A stretch of DNA of 64,000 bases, from assembly GCF_009914755.1 (NCBI RefSeq), contig NC_060927.1, one strand, 5' to 3'. Each line of letters begins with the position of its first letter. The stretch's first letter is position 1. A model generated the notes under the pieces. The model searched no databases and was not told where the DNA came from. It saw only the letters and a list, made by a program, of their open reading frames with translations. Below, piece after piece: positions 30,809-46,141 of this stretch. The stretch comes from the human T2T-CHM13v2.0 reference genome, Homo sapiens. The position numbers were made by a program, and so were the translations under genes.

Positions 30809-31331
30809 CAGTCAATCCTCATTATTCACAGTTCTGCTTCAAAAAGTCACCACAAATGGTGAATGAGCAAATACTCAACCATTGGGGAAATGTATGTGTG
30901 GGTGTTTCTCACAAAGACTATAATCTTAAATGCAAAAACAACTCATCTTGGTGGATTTTATTTTCCATTTTACCAAAGAGAAAATGAGGCCCAAAAGTGG
31001 TAAGCCGTTTGCCTGAGGCCACATCAGTAACAGGTGCCAGCACTGGGATTTGAACCCCCTCCAAGGGGCCCCAGAGCTGAGCTTCTTCCACTGCACTGCA
31101 CTGCCCCTGCCGTCTCTATCCTCTGGTCATCTCCGCATGAAGCTGAAACAAGAAGGCAAAGCCCTGCCTTGTTTGCCCTCTCTGGGAACATGTGCATCCA
31201 GAAACACAGTTTTCACCATTCTGTGTGTCTGGAAATGACCACAAAAGCACTGCAAGTATCAATGAAGTTATAAATACATGTTAGGAAGTAGGAGAATTTG
31301 CAAATACAGAATCTGTAATGAGGATAGACTG
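30809..31331 (+). mobile_element. Tigger6a-like DNA transposon, complete
   Basis: TIRs cagtcaatcctcatta / taatgaggatagactg (15/16), TA on both sides. Confidence 0.8.
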
Positions 31332-32366
31332 TATTTTTAAAATTCTTTCTCAGATTCTTGATTCTCGGAACCTTCCTCTTCTGTAAATGTAACACTTTTC
31401 ATGTCATATCGCCTTTCAAAACGTGCAAGCCAGCACTAGCCAAGAAGGGTTTCACATTTCCTGATCCTGGGTAACGTGACCAAACTTTTTTTTTTTTTTT
31501 TGGCTTTCAGTCCCATAATGCTGTCCACTATGCTTTAAACAAACAAACTGACAAATAAATAAATAAAAAGTCATCTCTTGAATCCACAAATGTAGCTGTT
31601 TTCTATTTTTCCCAAAGTTTCATATGCACTATAGATGTTACTTTAGCACTTTCCAGAGTGGCCTCACATACAGATTGGCAAATTTCCTCTTCCTTTTTTG
31701 GATGTACTACATTTTGATTCATTAACATAGAACTCACAGCCAGCTGCACTATAACTCACACGAGCATATCTGACATAAATATTTTCTCTGTAAGGCACAT
31801 CACAACCTTCCTGCACTCGTCAGCACTACGCCTGGGGGACATTTAAAACAGCAAAATCACCAAGAAAATGCCCAAACATGCAAAAACTGTAAAATGGGGC
31901 TCACAATAGTTCTCATCACATAGGCTTATGAGGAATGAATTTGTTAATAAATGTGAATCACTTAGAAATGTTGCTAACACACAGCAAGTGTTACATGTTT
32001 GTGCCTATCGTTGTCCCTGCCACACTGACATTTGAAGAAATGAGGGTTGTGGTTGTACAAAAGGTCCCATATTATGGATCTGATTGTCCTTTATGGTGGT
32101 GGTTTACTTGCTTCTCCATCCCCTGTATTTTCTGCAAACCAGAAGGTAGGTCTAAAGGTCTGATTCGATTTGGAATAGGAATACTCATGAGTGTGGCTGA
32201 GAATGTCATGCTTCATCATGCAGTAGGCACATCAAGTTGTCCCACAGTAGTGACACTCAGTCAGAGACTCGAGTGCAGTGCACACTGCCTGGCATCTCTC
32301 TTGAAAGCTTTGTTTTCTCTCATGTAATTAGCAGGTAATCTTTCATACATTACAAATATACATAAA

Positions 32367-32666
32367 GGCCAGGCGTGGTGGCTCACGCCTGTAATCCCAA
32401 CACTTTGGGAGGCCGAGGTGGGTGGATCACGAGGTCAGGAGTTCGAGACCAGCCTGACCAACATGGTGAAACCCCATCTCTACTAAAAATACAAAGATTA
32501 GCCGGGCGTGGTGGCACGCGCCTGTAATCCCAGCTACTCAGGAGGTTGAGGCAGGAGAATCGCTTGAACCTGGGAGGCGGAGGTTGCAGTGAGCCGAGAT
32601 TGCACCACTTCACTCCAGCCTGGGCAACAAGAGCAAAACTCCATCTCAAAAAAAAAAAAAAAAAAA
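32367..32666 (+). mobile_element. AluS
   Basis: Dimeric Alu with poly(A); no clear TSD. Confidence 0.92.
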
Positions 32667-32976
32667 GAAAGACAGACTGAAAACAGATGATGCTTTTCAG
32701 GAGATTCCTTTTAAAAGGGAGCAGAGAAATGACCTATTGTTAGAGGGAGAGTGTGAGGTCAGGTGAGGGGTTTTTCAGATGGAAGAAGTTATAGCTTTGT
32801 ATGCTAATAGAAAGGATCCAATAAATTGACATTAGAGGAGTAAGATGGGAGAATTGCCACAACAACGCCCTGGAGCAGGCGAGCGGAGTGTCGAGGCTGG
32901 CTGACACAGGTGAAGGTACAGTGTCTAGCAACAGAGGCAGATGGGCAAGTGGAGGGAAGAGATTGTTGGAAGTCCT

Positions 32977-33299
<323 letters not shown>

Positions 33300-33373
33300 A
33301 GAAGTCCTCTTTTGATTGCTTTTGTTCTCAGTGACACAAGAAGCCAGGTCATTACTTAAGAATGGAGATTGAG

Positions 33374-33693
<320 letters not shown>

Positions 33694-34689
33694 CTAGAGG
33701 TTCAGGGATTTAAAAAAGAGTTTGCCCCGTGAGTACAGCCAAGTGAGAATGGGCAACAGATCTGAGGGAACATGCAAAGGACTGCTTCCACTGAGAACCA
33801 TGGAACCCAAGCTGATTCAGGAGGAAAACAGAAACATGCAGAGAAGGGTTTCCAGGGGAAAGAGGATAGGACTCTAGAGGGGTAAAAAGCTGTTGGAGTC
33901 CAGGATCAAGGTGCCACCTGGAGAAACCTAGGAAAAGAAGGGATGGTTAAGGAAGTGGATGCCTTGAAACAGATCATGAAGGAGTTGAAATTTTTAGTAA
34001 TGTTAAAGTCACAGGTCTGAGCGTGGGAGGGAGTGAGTGAGACGGCAGAGGTCAGGGAATTGAAAGCATCATCTATGTGGATGCTGAAATCACCAAAATT
34101 ATGATAGGGCACTGCTGGAGGGAGTGATGGTGACTCACAAACTCAAACTGTCAAGGGATGAAGGAGGGACGGTGGGGAACACAGTGTGACGATGACAGGA
34201 GACTCAAAGGTAGATGCCTGTAGGGAAGGAGAGGTAAGAGTAATCTGGAATGACAGAGAAGAAAAAGAGGCCACTTACTCCATTTCCAGGCCTTGGAGGA
34301 GCGGGAGAGAGAATGCTGCCACCATGTAAGAGGGCTATGGGAGAGAACCAGGTTCCAGTTAGAGAACAAGGTGAAGAAATCATTTAGAGAACAGGTTGAG
34401 GATGTAGGGGATTATATCGCTGATGCAATATGAATTCCAAGGAGCACAATGAAAGGGTCTCAGGAGTTGAAGGATGGGGCAAAAACAACAATACAGAGGC
34501 ACGTGGGGTTGCAAGTCAGGAGGGTGCAATGATCTGGGAACTCTGGGTTTCCTGTGATGGCTGCCACCTTCTGATTAAAGAGCATAATGAGATTAGACTC
34601 AATGGTCTCAAGCAGAGAGTAGTGGCAAAACTGTGTGTCAGGTCTTAAAATTGAGATTAATTACATATAAAAGTCAAGCAATTATGCAA

Positions 34690-35465
34690 CAAGCACACGA
34701 AAAAAATGCCCAACATCATTACTCATGAGGGATGTGCAAATCAAAACCAGGTACCGTTTCACAACCACTAGGATGGCTGTCATTAAAAAAGGAGAAAATT
34801 TTTAAAAGCTGGCAAGAATGTGGAGGAATTGGAACCTTCTTATACCGTTGGTGAGAATGTAAAATGGCACAGCTTGCTACAAAAAACAGTTGGGCAGTTC
34901 CTCAAAAAGTTAAACATAAAATTACCATATGACCCAGAAATTTCTAACCCCAAATAAATGAACACTGGTACCTAAACAAATATAAGCTCACAAATGTTCA
35001 CAGCAGCACTATTCACAATAGCCAAAGGTGGAAGCAGCCCAAATGTCCACCAACAGATGAATGGATAAATGTGGTATATCCACACAATGGAATCTTATCC
35101 ACATACAAAAAGGAATGAAATACTAGTACATGCTACAAAATGGATAAACTTCAAAAACATTGTAAGTGAAAGGAGACATAAAAAGTCATAAATTCTATGA
35201 TTCCATTTACATGAAATATTCAGAAGAGGCAAATCCACAGAACCATGATTGGTTGTTGCCCAGGGCTGGGGGGAGGAGGGAAGGGAGGGCTGACTGCTAC
35301 ACAGGTATGGAGTATTTTCTTGGGGTGATGAAAATGCTTTGGAACTAGATAGAAGTGGCAGTTTCACAACACTGTGAATACACTAACAGCCATGGAATTG
35401 TTCACTTTAAAATGGTTAATATTTTAGGGAATTTCACCTCAATAAAACAATTTTTAAAAAATGTT
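34690..35465 (+). mobile_element. L1MB-type 3' end
   Basis: tgcaaatcaaaacc...cagcactattcacaatagccaaa...cactttaaaatggttaa...cctcaataaa. Confidence 0.8.
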
Positions 35466-38400
35466 TACAAAGAGAAAAAAAAATCAAGAAATTCTTTACC
35501 CATCTCAAGATCAGACAACCTTTAATCCTACACTAAAAGATTTAAATGTTGTTTACTATAAAAGTCATGCAATTATCAATGGAGTTTGCAACTAGGTTTT
35601 CTAAACACATAAAGCCTTCTGAAAACTTTCATTTAAAACTCACATTGTGAAGGGACTCCTGCAGCACTGAACAGCACATCAGATGACATGCCCCTGGCTC
35701 ATCTTTGCCCAGCTCTGGATCACAGGAAATAATGAACAGCAGTGACTAAGCTTAACCTTATTTTCTAATTTGTTGTTAAAACATAATACACTTTTCAAGG
35801 CCCAGTAATTTTTTTTTTCATCTTTAGATAAGAGAGCCACTCTTTTTGAGGTGTGTGAGTGACTCGCTATTGTCCCCCTAGCCTGCTGGTTACTAAAGAG
35901 TATTTGACTCAGTAGACAATACAGGAAGTGCTAATGTCCCTTTCTCTGCAAGAGTGTACAGCACAGGACTGGGTTCAAGATGGCAGACAGGAGATAGGAC
36001 TGACATGCAGCTCCCACTTAGATGATGGAACAGTGTGTGGAGACTCACAGTGTGGACTTCTGTTCCAGGAACCATTGTGAAAGTGTACTAGGAAAATCAA
36101 AAGAATTCACAGATCCTTTGAAAAACGTGGCCACTCTCCTTGCAGGCCACTGCAAATTCCACAAGACAAGCTAAAAACTGAGTTCCCAAAGTGTGAGGGG
36201 AGAAACCTGCCTCCAAACACATGTCTCCACTGGGGAATCCAAAAATCCAGATTACAGGAAAAGGATTTAACCTTACCTAGAGCTGAAATGGATTTAGCAT
36301 GAAATATAAAATTACAAGCAGCAGTGAGAAGAGCCTTTTAGGCACTCCCATTCTCCAGCTCAAGCCCAGGGAAGCCATGCCTGACAATGTCTCACAGGGG
36401 CACTTGGGGAAGGCAGCAGGTGGAATCTGGGAAAGGTTGCAGGGTGAAAGAAGCTTCGAGCTGAACTTTGTAATGATTTTGACTGGACATAAACTCTCTT
36501 GAGCAGAATCTGGGGGCAAACAGGAAATGCTGGAGGAAGGACAGCAGAGTCACAGTGGACAGTATGGGCAGATGGGGAAGGGTGGGGCCTGAAAGCCATG
36601 GTTGCTTTCTCAGTGGGGAAATTTATAGCCTGGGGCTAGGTCTGAGTCCTGCTGCCTGGAGATAAACTCAGTGCTATTAGCAAGACTGGCCTTGCCAACT
36701 GTGTGGGAACTGGGTGAAGCCTATTGCTACCAGCTTTCCCCCACATCCCTAGTGACAGAGGCAGCCATAATCCCCTCTGGAACATAACCCTATTGGCCTG
36801 ATAACTACCCCCATCCTCCACAGTGGCCGTGGCAAGCCCTGCCCAAGGAGAGTCTGAGCTCAGACCCGCCTAACCCTGCCTGCCTCCACCTGATGGTGTT
36901 TCTCTGAAATAGATAGTTTCAAAAATAGAATTGAAGAAGTAGAGGAACTTCAGAGCTCTAAGACAAGGCCTTTGAATTAACCTAATCAGGCAAAGACAAA
37001 AAAGAATTTTAAAAAATGAACAAAGACTCCAAGAAATTTGGGATTATGTTAAATAGCCACACCTAAGAATAACTGGTGTTCCTGAGAAAGAACAAAAATC
37101 TAAACATTTGGAAAACTTATTTGAGGCAATAATCGAGAAAAACTTGCCTAGCCTTGCAAGAGATCTAGACATCCAAATACAAGAAGCCCAAAGAACACCT
37201 GGGAAATTCATTGCAAAAAAATAATAATAATAATCACTGAGGCCCACAGTCATCAGGTTATCTAGAGTCAAGACAAAGGAAAGAATCTTAACAGCTGTGA
37301 GGCAAAAGCATCAGGTAACCTATAAAGGAAAACCTATCAGATTAACAGCAGATTTCTCAGCAGAAACCCTTATTAGCCAGAAGGGACTGGGATCCTATCT
37401 TTAGCCTCCTCAAACAAAATAATTCCGAGCCAAGAATTTTGTATCCAGCAAAACTAAGCTTCATAAATGAAGGAGAGATAAAGTCTTTCTCAGACAAACA
37501 AATGCTGAGAGAATTCACCACCACCAAGCCAGCACTACAAAAAATGCTAAAAGGAGTTCTACCTCTTAAAAGAAAACCTCAAAATACACCAAAATAGAAC
37601 CTCCTTAAAGCATAAATCTCACAGGGCCTATAAAAACAAAACACAATTTTAAAAAAAGGTATTCAGACAACAACTAGCACGATGAATAAAACAATATCTC
37701 ACATCTCAATTCGAATGCTGAATGTAAATGCCCTAATGCTCCACTTAAAAAATACAGAATGGCAGAATGGATAAAAATCCACCAACCAAGTATCTGCTGT
37801 CTTAAAGAGACTCACCTAATGCATAAGGGCTGACATAAACTCAAGGTAAAGGAGTAGAAAAAGATATTCCATGCAAATGGACACCAAAAGTGAGCAGGAA
37901 TTGTTATTCTATCGGACAAAGGACTTTAAAGCAACAACAGTTAAAAAAGATAAAGAGGGACATTACATAATGATAAAATGATCAGTCCAACAGGAAAAAA
38001 TCGCAACCCTAAATATATATGCACCTGGAGCTCCCAAATTTATAAAACAATTATTACTAGGCATAAGAAATTAGATAGCAATACAATCATAGTGGGGGAC
38101 TTCATTACTCCACTGACAGCACTAGACAGGTCATCAAGACAGAAAGTCAAAAACAAACAATGGACTTAAACTACACCCTAGAACAAATGGACTTAGCAAA
38201 TATTTACAGAACATTCTACCCAACAACTGCAGAATACACATTCTTTTCATCAGCACTTGGAATACTCAAGATAGACCATATGATATACCACAAAACAAGT
38301 CTCAAGAAATTTAAGAAAATCTAAATTATATCAAGTACTCTCTCAGACCACAGTGGAATAAAATTGGAAATTAATTCTAAAAGGAACCCTCAAGAATATA

Positions 38401-38499
38401 CAAATACATAGAAATTAATTAATTTGCTCCTGAATAATCTTTGAGTCAACAATAAAATCAAGATAGAAATTAAAAAATTCTTTGAACTGAACAATAATA

Positions 38500-38955
<456 letters not shown>

Positions 38956-41597
38956 TCAGAATAGAACTAAATGAAATTGAAAAAAAAAATACAAAAAATA
39001 AACAAAAAGCTAGTTCTTTGAAAAGATAAACAAAATTGATAGACCAGTAGCAAGATTAACCAAGAAAATAAGAGAGAAGAGCTAAATAAGCTCAATTAGA
39101 AAGAAAATGAGAGATATTATAATCAATACCACAGAAATGCAAAAGATCATTCAAGGCAACTATGAACACCTTTATGTGCACAAACTAGAAAATCTAGAGG
39201 AGATAGATAAATTCCTGGAAATATACAGCTCTCCTGGATTAAATTAGAAAGAAATAGAAACTCTGAACAGACCAATAACAAGTAGTGAGATTGAAACAGT
39301 AACTTAAAAATTGCCCCCCACCACCCCCAAAAAAAGTCTAGGACTAGGTGGATTCACAACTGAATTCTATCTGGCATTCAAAGAACAACTGGTACCAATC
39401 TTACTGAAAGTATTGCAGAAGATAAAGAGGGAATCCTCCATAAATCATTTATAAAGCCAGAATCATCCTAATACTAAAATCAGGAAAGGATATAACACAA
39501 AAAGAAAACTACAGACCAATATCCTTGATGAACATAGATGCTATAATCCTCAACAAAATATTAGCTAACTGAATATAACAGCATATTAAAAAGATAATAC
39601 ATAATGATCAACTGGGTTTCATACCAGGGATTCAGAGATGGTTTAACATATTTAAGTCAAAAAATGTGATACATCACATAAACAGAATTAAAAACAAAAA
39701 TCACAAAATCATCTCAATAGCTGTGGCAAAAGCATTTGACAAAATCCAGCATTACTTTATGATTAAAACCCTAAACAAAACTGGCATAGAAGGGACATCT
39801 CAAGGTAATAAAAGCCATCTACAACAAACCCACAGTCAACATTACACTAAAATGGGGGAAAGTTGAAAGCATTCCCCCTGAGAACTGGAACAAGACAAGG
39901 ATGCCCACTTTCACCACTTCTATTCAACACAGTACTGGAAGTCCTAGCCAGAGCAATCAGACAAGGGAAAGAAATCAAGGGTATCCAAATTGGTAAAGAG
40001 GAAGTCAAATTATCACTGTTTGCTGATGTATACCTAGGAAACACTAAAGACTCATCCAAAAAGCTCCTAGATCTGATAAATGAATTCAGTGAAGTTTCAG
40101 GATACAAAATCAATGTACACAAATTAGTAGCACTGCCATACACCAACAGCAACCAAGTTTAGAATCAAATCAAGAACTCAACCCCTTTTACAACAACTAT
40201 AAAAGTAAGATAAAATACTTTGGAATATACCTAACTAAGGAGGTGAAAGATATCTACAAGGAAAACTAGAGAACACTGCTGAAAGAAATCATAGATGACA
40301 CAAACAAATGGAAATATATCCCATGTTCATAGATGGATGGCATCGATATTGTGAAAATGACCATACTGCCAAAAGCAATCTACAAATTCAATGTGATTCC
40401 CATCAAAATACCATCATAATTCTTCACACAACTAGAAAAAAATCCTAAAATTCATATGGAACCAAAAAAGACCCTGCATAGCCAAAGCAAGACTAGGCAA
40501 CAAGAACAAAGCCAGAGGCATCACATTACCTGACTTGAAACTACTACAAGGCGACAGGTACCAAAACAGCATGGTACTGGTATAAAAATATGCACATAGA
40601 CCAATGGAACAAAATAGAGAATCCAGAAATAAAGTCAAATACAGCCAACTCATCTTTGACAAAACAAAATCAAAATGGGATATCCTATTCAACAAATGGT
40701 GATGGGATAATTGGCAAACCACATGTACAAGAATGAAGCTGGATCCTCATCTTTCACCTTACACAAAAATCAACTCAAGATGAATCAAAGACTTAAATAT
40801 AAGACCTAAAACCATACAAATTCTAGACGATAACATGGGAAAAACTCTTCTAGACATTAGCTTAGGCAAAGAGTTCATTACCAAGAATCCACAAAAGCAA
40901 GTGCAACAACAACAAAAAGATAAATAGATGGAACCTAATTAAACCCAGAAGTTTCTGCACAGCAAAAGAAATAATCAGCAGAGTAAACAGACAACCCACA
41001 AAGTAGGAGAAAATATTTGAAAACTGTGCCTCTGACAAAGGACTAATATGCAGAATGCATAAGGAACTCAAATGAATCAGCAAGAAAAAACAAATAATCC
41101 CATCAAAAAGTGGGCTAAGGACATGAATAGACAGTTCTCAAAAGAAGATACACAAATGGCCAAACACAGGAAAAAATGCTCAGCATCACTAATTATCAGG
41201 AAAATGCTAATCAAAATAACAATGAGATACCACCTTATTCTGCAAGAATGGCCATAATTTAAAAATCAAAAAATAACAGATGTTGGCATGGATGTGGTGA
41301 AAAGGAAACACTTTTACACTGCTGGTGAGAACGTCAACTAGCATAACCATTATGGAAAACAGTATGGACATTCCTTGAAGTACTAAAAGTAGATCTACCA
41401 TTTGATCCAGCAATGCCACCACTAGGTATCTACTCAAAGGAAAAGAAGTCATTACATGAAAAAGACACTTGCACATGTATGTTTATAGCAGCACAATTTG
41501 CAATTGCAAAAATATGGAACTAGCCTAAATGCCCATCAATTAAGGAGTGGATGAAGAAAATGTGATATCTATATGGATATATCTATATCAATATATC

Positions 41598-41602
<5 letters not shown>

Positions 41603-41665
<63 letters not shown>
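41603..41665. repeat. (TA)n(CA)n compound microsatellite in the L1 3' region
   Basis: Direct read. Confidence 0.95.
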
Positions 41666-42017
41666 CATAGAATACTACTCAGCCATAAAAAGGAATGAAA
41701 TAATGGCATTCACAGCAACCTGGATGGAGTTGGAGACCATTATTCTAAGTGAAGCAACTCAGGAATGGAAAACCAAACATCATATGTTCTGATTTATCAA
41801 TGAGAGCTAAGCTATGAGGATGCAAAGGCATAAGAATGATACAATGGACTTTGGGAACTCATAGGGAAGGGTTGGGACAGTGAGGAAATAAAAGACTACA
41901 CATTGGGTACAGTGTGCACTGCTCAGGTGATGCGTGTACCAGAATCTCAGAAATCACCACTAAAGAACTTTTCCATGCAACCCAACACCACCTGTTCCCC
42001 AAAAACTATTAAAATAA

Positions 42018-42295
42018 GGCCAGGCATGGTGGCTCACACCTGTAATCCCAGCACTTTGGAAGGCTGAGGCGGGCAGATCACTTGAGGTCAGGAGATCAAG
42101 ACCAGCCTGGCCAACATGGTGAAATCCCGTCTCTACTAAAAATACAAAAATTAGCCAGGCATGGTGACAGGCACCTGTAATCCCAGCTACTCAGGAGGCA
42201 GAGGGAGGAGAATCATTTGAACCTGAGAGGCGGAGGTTGCAGTGAGCTGAGATCACACCACTGCACCCCAGACTGGGTGACAGAGCAAGACTCCG

Positions 42296-42373
<78 letters not shown>
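42018..42373 (+). mobile_element. AluS with long poly(A) then (TA)n, in the L1 tail
   Basis: Direct read. Confidence 0.92.
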
Positions 42374-42376
<3 letters not shown>

Positions 42377-42570
42377 TGAATAAATAAAAATTAAAAAAAT
42401 TTGAGTTTCTAAAAACATTATAAACAAGATAGAAATTTACTGCAGAAAAAGTACATTGTAAAATCCATTTTTAAAAACATTCTTCTCTATAAACCAAATG
42501 ATAACAAGTTTGTGATTCACCACAGAAACTTGTGATTTGTTGCTTAGGGTATTAAAACACAATAAAAACT

Positions 42571-42950
42571 GGCTGGGTGCAGTGGCTCACGCATGTAATC
42601 CCAGCACTTTGGGAGGCAGAGACAGGCAGATCACTTGAGGTCAGGAGTTCAAGACCAGCCTGGCCAACATGGTCAAACCCTGTCTCTACTAAAAATACAA
42701 AAACAAAACAAAACAAAACAAAAAAACTAGCCAGGTGTGGTGGTATGCGCCTTTAGTCCCAGCTACTCAGGAGGCTGAGGCATGAGAATTGTTTGAACTC
42801 AGGAGGCGGAGGTTGCAGAGAGCCAAGATCATGGCCACTGCACTCCAGCCTGGGTGACAGAGATGGGAAAGGAAAGGAAAAGGAAAAGGAAAGGGAAAAG
42901 GAAAAGGAAAGGAAAAAGGAAAAGGAAAAGGAAGGAAAGAAAGAAAAAAA
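42571..42950 (+). mobile_element. Alu with (GGAAA/GGAAAA)n purine tail
   Basis: Alu body 42571-42864, purine tract 42866-42950. Confidence 0.9.
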
Positions 42951-43097
42951 CTCAGCTCACTGGAACCTTTGACCCCAACTTCTACTTGTATTTATTATAA
43001 AGAAATAATCACAATCATAAATATGCATGTACAAGTTATGACACAACAGTGTTATTTACAATTGCAAAACCACTTAAATGACAATAGCAAAAATGGG

Positions 43098-43692
43098 TTT
43101 GTTTTTTGTTTTTTGAGACAAGGTCTCGCTTTGTCACCCAGGCTGGAGTACAGTGGTGCGTTCTTAGCTCACTGCAACCTCCACCTCCCGGGTTCAAATG
43201 ATTCTCTCACCTCAGCCTCCCCAGTAACCGGGATTACAGGCATGCACCACCATGCACAGCTGATTTTTATATTTTTAGCAGAGATGGGGTTCCACCACGT
43301 TGGCCAGGCTGGTCCTGAACTCCTAGCCCCAAGTGATTCGCCCATCTTGGCCTCCCAAAGTGTTAATCTGTATGACTTAATATAACTTTTTTGGGGGGGC
43401 GGGGGGGTGGGGATACAGGATCTCGCTCTGTCACCCAGGCTGGAGTGAAGTGCAGTAGTACAATAGCAGCTCACTGGAACCTCTGTCTCCCAGGTTCAAG
43501 CAATTCTCCTGCCTCAGCCTCCTGAGTAGCTGGAATTATAGGTACCTGCCAACACACTTGGTTAATTTTTGTATTTTTAGTAGAGATGGGGTTTCCCTCT
43601 ATTAGCCAGGCTGGTCTTGAACTTCCGGCCTCAAGTGATCCGCCTGCCTCGGCCTCCCAAAGTGCCGGGATTACAGGCGTGAACCACCGCAG
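43098..43692 (-). mobile_element. Two tandem minus-strand Alus (43098-43362, 43387-43692)
   Basis: Two Alu reverse complements; the second has a G-run in place of most of its poly(T). Confidence 0.88.
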
Positions 43693-44889
43693 TCTTGAAC
43701 CATATTTTCATTTGATGATATCAGAAAATAGCTAAAATGTAATAAATGGAAAAACAGAATATAAAACTGTATATATGACCTCAATTTTGTCCAAAATAAA
43801 AATGAAAAGTGTATACATATACATAAACTAACTGTAACTGAATAAAACACGCTAACTTGAAAGAAAAGAGTATACAGCACATGGTAGGCGTGTTTGATTG
43901 GTATTTGTGGGAGGGAGACAGGGAAACAGGAAAAACCAAGATAAAATCCAGATCTGGCCAGGCAATTTTTAAATCACGAGGAAGAATTCCCAGACTGGAA
44001 TCCATCTGTCTTAAAGCTGTTTCAGTAAGCCCCAAGGCCTACTTACAAGCACAACGCAATGGAAGGGGTTTTGGACTGGCAGTCAGGAGATCCAACTCCA
44101 CCATTAACATCGTGGGTGACTCTGAACAAACCACCGACCTCTCTGAGCCGTTTTTTTTTCTTTTCATTCTATAAAATGAAGAGACTGAACTAGATTGCCT
44201 CGGCATGTTTCTCAGTCCTGAACATTTTCTGTTCTGGGATTCTTGTAAGGCTTATCCTCAGGTACTGCAAGTTACTAGATAATTCCTGGTCATTGACAGA
44301 CAATAATCCCAAACTAAAGTCCTAGCCTTCCCTTAACAATTTTCTGAAATTCAGAGAACCTTACTCTGAGCATGGCTTTAGGATTCTGGGAGACTCAAGC
44401 TTCTGGGCATAAAATGGCCACAGTTATGATTCACTGTGATCCAGAAAGACTCCACCTCAATTGCTCATCACTGTAGGTAAAGGCAACTTGCGTAGAAGTT
44501 GGAGAGCCCAAACTAGACTTTGGAATCACTCCCATGATTCTCACATGTGCCAAAGCCTGGGCAGAACCAGACAAGGATAGAGGCAAAGACCCAGGGATGC
44601 CATTATTCCCTCCTTTTCAGTGAGCCACCTTCTAATATTCTTTTTCCTTTTTTCCACTGGGTTCTTGGGTTTTCCTTTACCAATTTTAGGAGACCCTTAT
44701 AGAACGGGGAAATTGGTCTCTCATCTATGTGATGAGTTGTAACTTTGCCCCCAGGTTGACTTTGCTTATGGCATATTTTTGGCCATGAAGCTTTCATTTT
44801 TATGAAGTCAAATTTATACTTCTCTTTTTTGTTGTTTTTGGCTTAAGATTTTTTGAGTCACGTTTTAAAAAGCCTTCTCCATCCTGAGA

Positions 44890-45229
44890 CATCTCAGTCC
44901 ACTTGGGCTGCTATAAACCTACGACTGGGTAATTTATAGACAGTAGAAATTTACTTTCTCAGTCTGGAGGCTGGGAAGTCCAAGATCAAGGTGCCTGTAG
45001 GTTCTGTGTCTGGTGAGGGCCCATTTCTCATATGGCACCTTCTTGCTGTGTCCTCACATGACAGACAGAAGGGGAAGAGTTCCCTGCAGCCCTTTTACAA
45101 GGCATTGCTGATGGTAGAGACCTCATGGCCTAATCACCTCCAAAGAGCCCTACCTCTTAACGCTGTTGCCCTGGAGATTAAAGTTTCACCATGAATTGTG
45201 GTGGGGACACAAACACTCAAACCATAGCA
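44890..45229 (-). mobile_element. MLT1A-like MaLR LTR
   Basis: gggctgctataa...ctggaggctgggaagtccaagatcaaggtgcc...caaaccatagca. Confidence 0.8.
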
Positions 45230-45830
45230 CAGGTGAAAATATATATATATTGTATGATTTAAGCACTTTAAAAGTTTTGGTTTTGGTTTTCTTAAGTCTT
45301 TGTTCCATTTAGAATACATCATGGCACACTTCTCAGGTAACTCTCAGTTACTACGAGCTAGAGTTTTGTAGATATGAGCAGCATGGGCCAGACCAGCAGC
45401 AGCAGCTTTTTAATCTGGCAGACACAGATCTGAACCAGCGCACCTCCTTATTAGATGCAATTTCAGGCAAATGATTTAAGAACTCCTTAGTCTTCAATTT
45501 CCAAAAGTAGAGAGAACATTATCTGTTTGCCAGGTTGTTCTGGAATTAAATAAGACAACTATGAAAAAGTATTCTGCACAATGCCTGGCATAGAATAAGC
45601 GGTCACGATATGGTTGTTGCCTCCTTACTTCTTCATGTCCCTTAGTTTGTTTGCATTTTGAATGATTTACTACTTCTCGAAGGATACACAAATATCACAA
45701 GGAATTCGGTTTGCCAATATTCATTCTTTTAAAGTCCTAAAAATTAGGCTTCAGGGGTATTTGTGGATTGATTTAACTACAAAAGGTCTGGTCCTTTTAG
45801 TCATATATAATGGATTCGAAAGACATGATA

Positions 45831-46141
<311 letters not shown>

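Noticed and set aside
30960-31090. MIR-like segment inside the Tigger6a-like element
   Set aside because: Recalled as a captured part of that family's consensus rather than a separate insertion.
39666-40162. Reverse-transcriptase-like ORFs
   Set aside because: Fragments of the dead L1PB ORF2; the catalytic FADD motif is disrupted.
42953-43482. 16-bp identity cagctcactggaacct at 42953 and 43467
   Set aside because: One copy is in an Alu and the other in an L1M-like remnant; there is no insertion structure between them, so it is likely coincidence.
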